Assembly: GCA_022616105.1 (NCBI GenBank)
Contig: JAKEFL010000042.1
Span: 1 to 63,112 of the forward strand
DNA: 63,112 bases
Reading direction: 5' to 3'
Source: Anaerolineae bacterium
GTDB taxonomy: Bacteria > Chloroflexota > Anaerolineae > Anaerolineales > Villigracilaceae
Position 1 is the first letter of the stretch; each line of letters begins with the position of its first letter. This document shows, piece by piece, positions 47,214-56,907 of the stretch. Position numbers and translations under genes: made by a program. The notes under the pieces are model-generated. The model saw nothing but the letters and a program-made list of their open reading frames with translations. It did not search any database and was not told the origin of the DNA.

Positions 47214-47978
47214 CTATTTCTCTGGCAAAAAGCTGGTCGAGCCTGCCAGCACAAGGGATTGTGCAGCAGCGAGGATCATCCTCGCGCCGCGCGCGATCTG
47301 ATTTTCGGCGTCAGTCCGCGTTCCTGCTGTGATACCAGCGATGATGCCCTTATTATTTATGATGCCAATGGCATTGTCAATGACAGATTGCACTTCGGGA
47401 TGATCCGGTCCATCGGCGAAGCCCATATTGTTGGAAAGATCGCGCGGACCAACGACGCATGCATCCAAACCCTCGACGGAGCATAACTCAGGCAATATTT
47501 TGAGAAGTTTTTCACCCTCAAATTGGATAATGACCATCGTCTGTTCATTCGAAAAATTAATATATTCAGGCGCACTGCTCGTGTATGCCATATGACCTGA
47601 GGCTCGCGAGAATCCAAGTCCGCGTTTGCCAAGCGGTGTATATTTCACTGCATCAACAAGCATTTTCACTTCTTCCACAGTTTCCAGCCCTGGCATCATG
47701 ATTCCCATCATGCCTGCATCGAGATATTGCAAAACAAGTTTCGGGTCTTTTGATCCGATGCGAATCATCGGTGTCATGTTTGTTAATTCACATACACGGA
47801 TCACATTTGCAACCTGCACAGGATCAAGCAGTCCGTGTTCGGCATCCAGCATGTAATAGTCGAAGCCGGCAATGCCAAAGAGTTCCGCAAGTTGTGAGTC
47901 ATCTGATGTAGAAATCACGCCGAAGGCGGGCTGCCCGGCTTTAAGTTTTGCTTTGGTTTTGTTTGGTTGAATGAACAT
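47214..47978 (-). CDS. HpcH/HpaI aldolase family protein
   Basis: LDAEHG, LDAG..GIM.P, PLGKRG, VGPRDLS. Confidence 0.9.
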   Translation of the reverse strand: MFIQPNKTKAKLKAGQPAFGVISTSDDSQLAELFGIAGFDYYMLDAEHGLLDPVQVANVIRVCELTNMTPMIRIGSKDPKLVLQYLDAGMMGIMMPGLETVEEVKMLVDAVKYTPLGKRGLGFSRASGHMAYTSSAPEYINFSNEQTMVIIQFEGEKLLKILPELCSVEGLDACVVGPRDLSNNMGFADGPDHPEVQSVIDNAIGIINNKGIIAGITAGTRTDAENQIARGARMILAAAQSLVLAGSTSFLPEK

Positions 47979-48009
47979 GAAACCTTTACCTAACCCTTTC
48001 TCTTTGAGT

Positions 48010-48717
48010 TCAATTACAATATCTTGCCAACCCTTTACTATCTTTTATTGAAATTCTTCCTTCAGCATCTGTATCGATCAAGCCTTGCTCTTTGAAGGAT
48101 ACCATTGTTTGATTGACTCTCTTGCGCGATGCTCCAACTAAATCTGCAATATCGCCTTGTGTCAGCACAATGCTGATCTGTGTCGCACCATCTTTCTCCT
48201 GACCATACTTCTCCGCGAATGCCAGCAATTGACGCGCGACACGTCCGTTCACATCCAATGTTGCCAGCGCTTGAATTAATTGATCAGAGAGTCGCACGCG
48301 TGCGGACATGATCTTAACCAGATTGCGCGCCACAGGCGGGAAGTTATCGAGGATATAGTTGAATGTGACCTTGTCCATCCACAACATCAAACTGCTTTCC
48401 AATGTCACCGCGCTGGCGGATCGTCCCACACTATCAATCAGACTCATTTCGCCGAGCATATCACCACTTCCCAAGATCGCGAGAATGACATCCCGCTCAC
48501 CCTGCTCGATGTGAATCTTCACCGTCCCATGCAAAATGATATACACCGCTTCGCCGGGTTGTTCGATGGTCATCACGTTTCGTCCAGCCTCGAATATTTT
48601 ACGATGCGCGCGTTGTGCAACCCAATCCAATTGCGTGGGCGTTAAGCCTTCGAACAACTGAATATATGAAAGCCAGTTGCGAGTATCGTCCTTTTTGAAA
48701 TCAACCATTCTCAGCAT
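48010..48717 (-). CDS. Crp/Fnr-family regulator
   Basis: GEMSLID...RSASA; LTQGDIADLVGASRKRVNQ. Confidence 0.92.
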   Translation of the reverse strand: MLRMVDFKKDDTRNWLSYIQLFEGLTPTQLDWVAQRAHRKIFEAGRNVMTIEQPGEAVYIILHGTVKIHIEQGERDVILAILGSGDMLGEMSLIDSVGRSASAVTLESSLMLWMDKVTFNYILDNFPPVARNLVKIMSARVRLSDQLIQALATLDVNGRVARQLLAFAEKYGQEKDGATQISIVLTQGDIADLVGASRKRVNQTMVSFKEQGLIDTDAEGRISIKDSKGLARYCN

Positions 48718-48720
48718 ATT

Positions 48721-49737
48721 TTACTTCCATTGTCCCCTCTCCCTTTGAGAGAGGGGTAGGGTCGAGGGCTTTTGTAACAACACTGACACATTCCCTCCTG
48801 TTTCTTTCGCGCTGAGCGGAGCGTTAGCGGAGACGAAGCGCGGGGTGAGGGTAAATTCCAATCCTTCATACGCAGCAACCGAATCAGCGAACAGACTCTT
48901 TGCTGTCGCTTCCATGCCCGCGACCATTTCGTCAGAGTAGGAAGGGTCATGATGGAACAGGACCAATCGTCTCGCCGCTGATGCGAGAGCCACCTCACAT
49001 GCCATCGTCACGGTCGAATGTCCAAATCCCTGCGTGGATGGAAATCCCACAAGTTGCCCGCGATAGTGTTCCTCCAGATATTGCGCGTCGTGGATCAACA
49101 CATCCGCATCTTTTGCAAATTGCACCAGCTTTCGATCTGTACCCACATAACCCTCTGTATCCGTTGCGTATACAACGGATTTGCCGCGCCAGGCGATTCG
49201 ATAGATATAGACTCCGCCGGGATGTGCATACGATTTATGAATGCGGATGACAACCGCTTCGTCGCTTAAGCCGACGCTTGATTCCGCTAAACGGATTCCA
49301 TTCTCATCCCAAACAATGACTTGCGACTCGCGCACCGATTGAATGTCCTTCGATGACGACATGTCGCGCAAGCCAAGTGGAAACGTCTCCGTCGATTGAT
49401 TGCGTTCCAACACGGAACTCAACGTTTCAGGCGTTCCACCTGGACCAAAAATATGCAGCCGCGCATTCGGCATATACGCGGGGACGAAGAAGGGAAATCC
49501 CTGTGTGTGATCGTGATGCAGATGACTGAACAACAGCATGATTTCATTTGCACGTTTGGTTCGTGCCAATTCGCGCCCCAATGGAATAATGCCCGTGCCG
49601 GCATCAAGAATAATTGTGCGTTCACCTGCGCGCACTTCAAGGCTGGCAGTGTTACCCCCATACTTGATCGTCCCCGCGCCCGGTGTGGGGTAACTCCCGC
49701 GCACACCCCAGAATTTGACTTTCAACTCATTTGACAT
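48721..49737 (-). CDS. MBL-fold metallo-hydrolase
   Basis: FWGVRGS, YGGNT, SHLHHDHTQG, YATDTE, LFHHDP; REP-derived C-terminal tail. Confidence 0.9.
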   Translation of the reverse strand: MSNELKVKFWGVRGSYPTPGAGTIKYGGNTASLEVRAGERTIILDAGTGIIPLGRELARTKRANEIMLLFSHLHHDHTQGFPFFVPAYMPNARLHIFGPGGTPETLSSVLERNQSTETFPLGLRDMSSSKDIQSVRESQVIVWDENGIRLAESSVGLSDEAVVIRIHKSYAHPGGVYIYRIAWRGKSVVYATDTEGYVGTDRKLVQFAKDADVLIHDAQYLEEHYRGQLVGFPSTQGFGHSTVTMACEVALASAARRLVLFHHDPSYSDEMVAGMEATAKSLFADSVAAYEGLEFTLTPRFVSANAPLSAKETGGNVSVLLQKPSTLPLSQRERGQWK

Positions 49738-49762
49738 CACAGCACCTCTGTATTCTTTGTAA

Positions 49763-49915
49763 TGTCACTCTGAGGGAGCCGTTGGTCGAGTAGTCTTGAG
49801 CGTTCGTTGCGAAAGACGTATCGAGACCAGGCGACCGACACTTGCACCTGTATGCAAGTGCAGGTGAGAGTCTCTTTCATTACGTAGGAGATGCTTCGCT
49901 CCGCTCAGCATGACA
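49763..49915. repeat. Nested REP-like palindrome (TGTCACTCTGAG family)
   Basis: TGTCACTCTGAG...CTCAGCATGACA shell with nested modules; simple copy at 62746-62815. Confidence 0.75.
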
Positions 49916-50175
49916 TAATCATCAATATGCTTTTATTATCCTCACTAGATGTTTTTTCTCAAGGAAAGTTTTCGCACGGAAGCTGGGAAGTTTTTCACAA
50001 GGAAGGTTACACTCTTCGCGCTGAGCGGAAGACCGAGCGTAGCGAGGTCTGTAGACGAAGCGCGGGTTTCAAAGCAAGCTAAAGTTTTCAGTTATACGCG
50101 CTTCGTCTTCGCCTACGGCTCCGCTCAGCGCGAAAACAATGGGTAAAATTAGAAAATTTGTGCTATACTTTGTCT

Positions 50176-50412
50176 GTGGCTGTGATTCGCTCATCTGATA
50201 TCGGGAATTACCTCTACTGTCGCCGCGCCTGGTGGTACAAAAAGCAGGGCCTGGTCTCTGAAAATCAGGCTGAACTTGCCAGTGGATCTGAACTCCACCG
50301 CAAACATGGACGTCAAGTCCTCTCATCTAACCTTACCCGTACAGTTGGGTTAATTTTGCTGATGATCGCGTTAGTCTTATTTGCAGCGTATTGCACCGCG
50401 CAAATTTTGTAA
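50176..50412 (+). CDS. Cas4-like N-terminal half with C-terminal TM helix
   Basis: SDIGNYLYCRRAWW...GSELH, then hydrophobic tail; TATACT just upstream. Confidence 0.7.
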   Translation: MAVIRSSDIGNYLYCRRAWWYKKQGLVSENQAELASGSELHRKHGRQVLSSNLTRTVGLILLMIALVLFAAYCTAQIL

Positions 50413-50421
50413 CTTGAAACC

Positions 50422-50517
50422 AGACCTGACATGTCTTATGCGCGTCTCTATTAACCATCCCGATTGCGTGGACATAGATGATGATTAATCAGCTTATCGC
50501 GGAGACATGTCAGGTCT
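50422..50517. repeat. MITE/REP-like element with 15-bp perfect inverted ends
   Basis: AGACCTGACATGTCT ... AGACATGTCAGGTCT. Confidence 0.7.
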
Positions 50518-50532
50518 CATGATGGAGAGATT

Positions 50533-51165
50533 ATGTCTGTCCTCAACCGCCTTGCTCATTCTCTAGGTCGCCGTGACGAAGTCCCTAACCAGGAACTGGC
50601 GCGCGATCTTGCCGCGAAGAAGGATAAAAAAGGGATTCGAGAAATCGCGGAAAACCTGTGGAATAAAGACAAGAACATCCAGGCAGATTGCATCAAAGTT
50701 TTGTATGAGGTTGGAGTTATCGAACCCAAATTAATCACGGACTACACTGAAGATTTTGTGAAATGTCTCAGGAGCAAGAACAACCGTCTTGCCTGGGGTG
50801 GGATGACTGCCCTGGCTGAAGTGGCAAAGGCAGATCCGGACTCAGTTTTCAAACATTTGGATGCGATCAAGAAAGCGAAAGAAACTGGCTCTGTCATTAC
50901 AGTCGACAATGCCATTTCCACGTTGGCATATACAGCCGCTGCAAATGGCAAATATAACGAAGTCATTTTCCCATATTTACTCAAGCATCTTTCATTCTGT
51001 CGCCCAAAGGAAGTCCCGCAACATTCAGAGAAAACTTTACCTGCTGTGAATACCTCCAACAGAGCCGAGTTCATTAAAGTCCTTGATAAAAGAATGGAAG
51101 ATTTATCTGGTGGAGGCTTGGCACGCGCCAAAAGAGTCATCAAAAAAGCGATATTTATAGACTAG
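50533..51165 (+). CDS. Hypothetical HEAT/ARM-like helical protein
   Basis: RBS GGAG; DCIKVLYE, KNNRLAWGGM; helical pattern. Confidence 0.7.
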   Translation: MSVLNRLAHSLGRRDEVPNQELARDLAAKKDKKGIREIAENLWNKDKNIQADCIKVLYEVGVIEPKLITDYTEDFVKCLRSKNNRLAWGGMTALAEVAKADPDSVFKHLDAIKKAKETGSVITVDNAISTLAYTAAANGKYNEVIFPYLLKHLSFCRPKEVPQHSEKTLPAVNTSNRAEFIKVLDKRMEDLSGGGLARAKRVIKKAIFID

Positions 51166-51192
51166 TTACAGATTACTGATCACTGTTGACTA

Positions 51193-51705
51193 ATGCTTTA
51201 TATTTCCCTCTTTCTCCTCTTCCTCGCCTTTATCTTTTTCTGGCAATCCAACCGCCAGCGCCAAGCCGCGGGTCTCCCTGGTGGACGCGTCATTTATACC
51301 GATACGCGCGGCTGGGGCAAACTGGAGAAGCCTCTTTTCTACGCTCCACTTGAATTAACTGGAAAGCCTGATTATCTTGTCCAACAGAATGGACAGATCA
51401 TCCCTGTCGAAGTGAAGTCTGGTCGCGCACCCGAAGCGCCATATGACTCACACATCTATCAACTGGCATCTTATTGTTTGCTTGTTGAAAAAACATATGG
51501 CAAACGCCCGCCTTACGGAATTATCCATTACGAGACCCGCGATTTCGCAGTGGATTACACTCAGGAATTGGAGTCATCTCTGCTTGATTTGCTTGCCGAA
51601 ATGAAACGCGATCAGCATAAAAAGGATGTTCCACGCTCACATGAGCAGGCTTCCCGTTGTGCGCGCTGCGGGTTCAGGAAGGTTTGTGATCAGAGATTAT
51701 TGTAG
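51193..51705 (+). CDS. Cas4-like PD-(D/E)XK nuclease, C-terminal half, with N-terminal TM anchor
   Basis: LTGKPDY, PVEVKS, QLASYCLL, CARCGFRKVC. Confidence 0.8.
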   Translation: MLYISLFLLFLAFIFFWQSNRQRQAAGLPGGRVIYTDTRGWGKLEKPLFYAPLELTGKPDYLVQQNGQIIPVEVKSGRAPEAPYDSHIYQLASYCLLVEKTYGKRPPYGIIHYETRDFAVDYTQELESSLLDLLAEMKRDQHKKDVPRSHEQASRCARCGFRKVCDQRLL

Positions 51706-51763
51706 GGGCACAGCGACGCGACTACCTGTCAATATTTTTTTCTGGTTTTGCTGTGCCCCTACA
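51701..51763. repeat. GTAG-type REP pair
   Basis: TGTAGGGGCACAGC ... GCTGTGCCCCTACA. Confidence 0.75.
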
Positions 51764-51783
51764 AAAGGTATAATTTATATACC

Positions 51784-52647
51784 ATGCCCGAAGCCTTCAT
51801 TCCAAAGCGACCAGTTGTCACTGCACACCAGAAGATGCCTGAAGCCTTCGTGGAAGCGGAAGCAATGTCAGCTTATTTCAAAGAAAGAGGCATGGAAGCG
51901 CCTTATGGCTCGATCTATGATGAAGACCTGCGTAAACGCATCCGGCATGGCGAATTTGATATGCTCATTGTCGCTGGCGGAGATGGCAGTGTCCTGCGGG
52001 CAGGACATTTATGTGCGCCCGGCGGCGTACCAATCTTGGGTGTGAACCTTGGAAGGATAGGCTTTCTCATTCAAGTTGAACGCCAGGAATGGCGCGAGTA
52101 CTTTGATAAATTATTCAATGGCGAGGCATGGATCGAGAGCCGCATGATGCTGCATGTTGAGCACATCCGTGCAGGTGAGATCTTGGGAAGTTGGAATGCG
52201 TTGAATGAAGTTGTGGTTGCGCGCGGGCAACTGCTGCGGCCCGTCCGGTTGACCGCTTCGGTGGACGGACGTCAATTGATCAGCTATCTTACGGATGGGT
52301 TGATCGCCTCGACTCCTACCGGTTCGACGGCTTATGCGCTTGCCGCAGGTGGACCCATTCTCCCACCTGAATTGCGGAATATTTTGCTCGTACCGATCGC
52401 GCCGCATCTTTCTGTGGATCGAGCGATTGTTTTATCTGAAGGCGCTAACGTAAGCATCAGCAATCGCGGAGAAAACGCAGTGCTGAGTGTGGATGGACAA
52501 CCGCCCATTACATTGCTTGAAGAGGACCATGTGGATGTATGCGCGGCAGATGTCACCACAAGGTTTGTCCGCTTTGGAGACCCCGGATATTTTTATCGCA
52601 ACCTGACTGCTCACATGAATGAAAACTCTTTAGGATTTTCCAGATGA
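51784..52647 (+). CDS. nadK: NAD kinase
   Basis: GGDGS, GVNLGRIGFL, LNE, DGLIASTPTGSTAY. Confidence 0.95.
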   Translation: MPEAFIPKRPVVTAHQKMPEAFVEAEAMSAYFKERGMEAPYGSIYDEDLRKRIRHGEFDMLIVAGGDGSVLRAGHLCAPGGVPILGVNLGRIGFLIQVERQEWREYFDKLFNGEAWIESRMMLHVEHIRAGEILGSWNALNEVVVARGQLLRPVRLTASVDGRQLISYLTDGLIASTPTGSTAYALAAGGPILPPELRNILLVPIAPHLSVDRAIVLSEGANVSISNRGENAVLSVDGQPPITLLEEDHVDVCAADVTTRFVRFGDPGYFYRNLTAHMNENSLGFSR

Positions 52648-52656
52648 AAAGAACTT

Positions 52657-52780
52657 AACCACTAAGGACACGAAGGGTACTAAGGTTGGGAGATTGATGA
52701 GCGAATAGCCCTTCCTTAGATTTTCTTTGTGTACTCACCTGCACTTGCGCCAGGTGCAAGTGTTGTGTCCTTCGTGGTAA
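52657..52780. repeat. ACCAC..AGGACACGAAG-type inverted repeat with nested CACCTGCACTTGCGCCAGGTGCAAGTG module
   Basis: AACCACTAAGGACAC ... GTGTCCTTCGTGGT; related element near 13713-13780. Confidence 0.65.
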
Positions 52781-52799
52781 AAGAATAAGGACTACATTG

Positions 52800-53315
52800 A
52801 TGACTGAAACACTTTATTGTTATGTTCATCCAAACCGCGAAACATCCTTGCGATGCAATAACTGCAATCGTCCTATATGCGCGTCCTGTGCAGTGCGCAC
52901 ACCGACGGGTTATCGCTGCAGGGAATGTGTCCGTGAACGGCAAAAGACATTCGAAACATCAGAATGGTATGACTATGTTTTGGGCTTTATCGTCGCGGCG
53001 TTGCTTTCTGGCATTGCAGCCTTTCTGGTCACTTTGATCGGCGGGATCGGATTCTTTGGATGGTTCCTCATCGCCGCGGGCGCGCCGACTGCTGCTGTGG
53101 CAATTGCTGAAGGTGTGCGAGCAGTTACGAAACGCCGTCGTTCACGTCAATTATTTATCACTATCGCTGCAGGTGTTGTGCTTGGCGCGTTACCTGTTAT
53201 TCTATTCCAAGTCATCACGCAAAACTTTTTCGGCATCCTCTTTCAAGTGATCTATCTGATCATTGCCACTCCCATTGTTTACACCCGACTTTCTGGAATC
53301 CAATTGTTCAGATAA
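52800..53315 (+). CDS. B-box-like zinc finger membrane protein
   Basis: CYVHP.RET.LRCNNCNRPICASC...CREC plus four TM. Confidence 0.8.
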   Translation: MTETLYCYVHPNRETSLRCNNCNRPICASCAVRTPTGYRCRECVRERQKTFETSEWYDYVLGFIVAALLSGIAAFLVTLIGGIGFFGWFLIAAGAPTAAVAIAEGVRAVTKRRRSRQLFITIAAGVVLGALPVILFQVITQNFFGILFQVIYLIIATPIVYTRLSGIQLFR

Positions 53316-53400
53316 TTTTTGCTCAGAGCGCCGTCCACCTTCGGCTTTTCAAGGCGGCGCTCGTTGGTCGCCGGGGACGGCGACCAGAGCAAGGTGATAT

Positions 53401-55131
53401 ATGCTTACCGAACTCCACATACAAAATTTTGCGATCATAGATAAACTCGATTTACGATTTGGTCCCGGCCTCATCATCCTTACCGGTGAAACAGGCGCGG
53501 GCAAGTCCATTATTCTCGATGCTGTTGTCATGCTCATCGGCGGGCGCGCAGACACGACTCTCATCCGCGCGGAATCAGATGCCGCGTTCGTTGAGGGTGT
53601 GTTCCACCTCAAGGGTCCAGAAAGAGAGGCGGTGCACGCCATCCTGCAGCGCGAAGAATTGATGGACGATCCCAATTATGTCGTGCTCATGCGCGAAGTC
53701 CGCAAGGAGGGGCGGAGTGTGGCGCGCATCAATGGGCGGACTGTCAGTGTTTCGCTGTTGAAAGAACTTGGAGCGATCCTGGTAGATATCCATGGGCAGG
53801 CAGAACATCTTTCGCTTCTCGATTCTCGCGCCCATTTGGGCCTGCTTGACCGTTATGCAGAAGTGGCTCAACCCTTGAGCGATTACCGCCAAACCTATCA
53901 TGCCTTGTTGAACCTGCGACACGAGTTGAATGATTTGCGAAAGGCTCAGGCAGATGCCGAACGCCGCGTGGAGATGCTTACTTACCAGGCAGAGGAAATT
54001 GAAGCCGCGCATTTGAAGCCTGGTGAAGATGAAGAGTTGCGCAAGGAGCGTGATAGATTGGCGAACGCGGAGTCACTCGCACAGAATGCGCAGGAAGCCA
54101 TTGCAGTATTAGAGGAGGGTTCACCAGAGACTCCTGCCGCGACGGATCTGGTAGGGCAGGCTGCTCAGGCATTGGCAGCGCTTGCAAAGCTTGACCCTGC
54201 TCAAAATGAGCTGGCAGGTCAGGCAGATCTTTTGCTCGATACCATGTCTGACGTGATTCACAATCTGCGAAATTATCTGGAAGAGATCGAATTCAACCCC
54301 AAGCGACTCGATGAAGTGGAGGAACGACTTGACCTGATCCATTCGCTCATACGAAAATATGGCGGCAGTATTCCTGCGGTCATCGCCTATGGAACTGAAG
54401 CGCGTAAGCAGCTTGAAACGATTACGGGCGCAGCAGAACGCATCAACGAACTTGAGCTGCAGGAAGCAAAACTGTTGGACAAACTTGCCAAGCAGGGGAA
54501 TCTATTGACAGATAAACGCAAGTCTGCTGCGACCTCGATGGGCAAGGGAATTGAGTCTGAGCTTAATGATTTGAGGATGTCTGCCGCGAAATTTAATGTA
54601 GACTTTCAGACAAAAACCGACCCGAACGGAGCGCCCATACATAATGGCACGCGTATCGCGTTTGATCAGAACGGATTTGATAGAGTTGAATTCCTGATCG
54701 CCCCCAACCCTGGCGAGGGACTCAAGCCATTGGTGAAGATCGCCTCAGGTGGTGAAACCTCGCGTTTGATGCTGGGTCTGAAAAATGTGCTGGCGCGTGC
54801 AGATGAAATCCCATCCCTGATATTCGACGAAATCGATCAGGGCATCGGTGGGCGCGTGGGTATGACGGTTGGACAAAAGTTATGGAATCTCTCGCGTACG
54901 CATCAGGTCTTTTGCGTAACGCATCTTCCTCAGCTCGCGGCGTTTGGCGATGAGCATTATCAGGTGCAAAAGCTCATTCAAGGCAATCGCACATTGACGC
55001 GTGTCGAACGCCTCGATGGCGAACCGCGCCTGCTCGAGCTCTCGCAAATGCTCGGTGAGGTGGGCGAGGGGACTCTACGTTCTGCGCATGAATTGATGCA
55101 GGTCGCGAGGGGGATGATCAAAGGGAAGTAA
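53401..55131 (+). CDS. recN: DNA repair protein RecN
   Basis: TGETGAGKS, DIHGQ, ASGGETSR, FDEIDQGIGG, VTHLPQLAA. Confidence 0.96.
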   Translation: MLTELHIQNFAIIDKLDLRFGPGLIILTGETGAGKSIILDAVVMLIGGRADTTLIRAESDAAFVEGVFHLKGPEREAVHAILQREELMDDPNYVVLMREVRKEGRSVARINGRTVSVSLLKELGAILVDIHGQAEHLSLLDSRAHLGLLDRYAEVAQPLSDYRQTYHALLNLRHELNDLRKAQADAERRVEMLTYQAEEIEAAHLKPGEDEELRKERDRLANAESLAQNAQEAIAVLEEGSPETPAATDLVGQAAQALAALAKLDPAQNELAGQADLLLDTMSDVIHNLRNYLEEIEFNPKRLDEVEERLDLIHSLIRKYGGSIPAVIAYGTEARKQLETITGAAERINELELQEAKLLDKLAKQGNLLTDKRKSAATSMGKGIESELNDLRMSAAKFNVDFQTKTDPNGAPIHNGTRIAFDQNGFDRVEFLIAPNPGEGLKPLVKIASGGETSRLMLGLKNVLARADEIPSLIFDEIDQGIGGRVGMTVGQKLWNLSRTHQVFCVTHLPQLAAFGDEHYQVQKLIQGNRTLTRVERLDGEPRLLELSQMLGEVGEGTLRSAHELMQVARGMIKGK

Positions 55132-55158
55132 ATGTAAGGAAATAAGCTTCCTTTATAT

Positions 55159-55728
55159 ATGGATTTAATTCGACCAACAATTATTATCGTAACAGGTAGA
55201 CCTGCAGCGGGGAAATCTACTCTCGCGAAATGGCTGGCGCAGGAACTGAAATTGTCACTTGTTAGTAAAGATAGCATAAGAGAAGTATTGTTTGATCGAC
55301 TGGGCTGGAAAGATCGAGAGTGGGCACAAGTCCTTGGAAAAGCCAGTATTGACATAATGTTTTATTTTGCCCAAGCCGAACTTGCGGTGGGTCATTCCAT
55401 TATTATGGATAATTCTTTTCACCCACCCATTTCAACACCAAGATTTAAAACTCTAAAAGAACAATACAAGGCGCAAAGCATTCAAATCGTTTGCAATTCA
55501 GATCGTGAGACTCTTTTTCAAAGATTCAAAGCCCGAGCAGAATCAGGGAATCGTCATCTTGGTCATGGAGATAAAGATGTCCTTAAAGAACTTTACGCAA
55601 ACCTGGCTGATAATTCTTCACTGGTTCTAGAGATTGGTAGCTCCATTATCGAAGTGGATACAACTGACTTTGCTAAAGTTGATTATCAGGAAATTATGAA
55701 ATCTGTGAAACCATTATTGGCAAAATAG
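55159..55728 (+). CDS. P-loop kinase (AAA_33-like)
   Basis: GRPAAGKST, SKDSIRE, R..SG.RH.GH. Confidence 0.8.
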   Translation: MDLIRPTIIIVTGRPAAGKSTLAKWLAQELKLSLVSKDSIREVLFDRLGWKDREWAQVLGKASIDIMFYFAQAELAVGHSIIMDNSFHPPISTPRFKTLKEQYKAQSIQIVCNSDRETLFQRFKARAESGNRHLGHGDKDVLKELYANLADNSSLVLEIGSSIIEVDTTDFAKVDYQEIMKSVKPLLAK

Positions 55729-55817
55729 GTAAGAGTCTCGCAGTTCCACATATTGGTGTATGAAGGCAACGCGCCGAATGATAAAAGCAGCAGACCCTAC
55801 TCTCACAGCAGTGTCTG

Positions 55818-56537
55818 TTAGTTTCGGCTTGATTTCCCGTACGCTATTTTCAACGGCGGGAGTTTGTTGCCTTCGCCGCGCTTTGTTACTTCCACCCAAA
55901 GCGAAGCGGCAAGTTCATAGCCGATGATATGATCCTGCGGTTTCATTTGCAGGCGCAAGGGACCTTTAAAAGGCGCACAACTCAACAAGTGAAAAGGTGT
56001 TCCAGGCACGAGGCCAAGCTCACCAATATAGTGCAATTTTTCCATGTCATGCGTACGCACGCGGCTGACAATGCAATCGGAACCTGAAGGCACATCCAAA
56101 AGTGGAACATCATCCACTTTTGGCATCACGCCATCCCTGTTCGGAATTGGCTCTCCATGTGGGCAGCGCGTGGGATACCCAGCGAGTTCATCCATGCGGG
56201 CTTCGAGCTCATCGTTGACACCGCGCTCGAAAACGTCGGATAGTTCGTGCGCAGCTGCCCAGTCATATTTCATGACGCGCACGAGGAAAACCTCCGTGAG
56301 ACGATGACGGCGCAAGGAAGGCAAGGCGATCTTTTCGCCATCAGAGGTAAGACGAACGCCGCGGTACGGCTCATGCACTAAATATCCGTTTGTATTCAAG
56401 CGTTTCACCATCGTGGAAATGGCCTGTGCTGAGGCTTCCACGTGTGAACTTAAAAGGGAAAGGGACACCTGCTGGTGATCCTGTTGCAGCCGGTAGATCT
56501 CAGCAGCATAGCGTCGCATGGCGGGACTAATGGTCAT
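55818..56537 (-). CDS. DtxR/IdeR/MntR-family metal-dependent repressor with FeoA domain
   Basis: PYRGVRLT, RRHRLTEVFL, CPHGEPIP, GLVPG. Confidence 0.9.
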   Translation of the reverse strand: MTISPAMRRYAAEIYRLQQDHQQVSLSLLSSHVEASAQAISTMVKRLNTNGYLVHEPYRGVRLTSDGEKIALPSLRRHRLTEVFLVRVMKYDWAAAHELSDVFERGVNDELEARMDELAGYPTRCPHGEPIPNRDGVMPKVDDVPLLDVPSGSDCIVSRVRTHDMEKLHYIGELGLVPGTPFHLLSCAPFKGPLRLQMKPQDHIIGYELAASLWVEVTKRGEGNKLPPLKIAYGKSSRN

Positions 56538-56717
56538 AAATCTTGTTGAAACTCCAGAAAATTATCAACCAGGTTGAAAACTGGTTGCAATTGGATATAG
56601 GGTAAATTTAATACAAATATCTAGATTATTCCGATTGTGAAAATTATACTACGTGCCGCAATCAGCAGATAAATACTGTCTGATTTCTGAGAGTGTCTAA
56701 ATTCCAAGACATAACTC

Positions 56718-56843
56718 GTCACACTTGCACCTGCGTGTGATTTGCTTAGCAAATCATGCAGGTGTTGCGAGCCCGATAGGGCGAAGCAATCCCCTCACTG
56801 TGTTGGAGATTGCTTCGTCGGGCTACGCCCTCCTCGCAATGAC
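56718..56843. repeat. GTCATTGCGAG-family palindrome interrupted by a 43-bp CACTTGCACC module
   Basis: GTCA|CACTTGCACCTGC...GCAGGTG|TTGCGAG. Confidence 0.8.
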
Positions 56844-56863
56844 GGTCATTTTTGTTTTCGATG

Positions 56864-56877
56864 TTAGGCACGCCAAA
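56864..56877 (+). promoter_or_regulatory. Possible DtxR/MntR-type box
   Basis: TTAGGCACGCCAAA upstream of the iron ABC operon, divergent from a DtxR-family gene. Confidence 0.45.
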
Positions 56878-56907
56878 TATTCTAATCTCTCAAGGAGAAC
56901 CTTTATA

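Noticed and set aside
50176-51705. CRISPR-Cas locus suggested by Cas4-like genes
   Set aside because: No repeat-spacer array and no cas1/cas2 or effector genes anywhere in the window.
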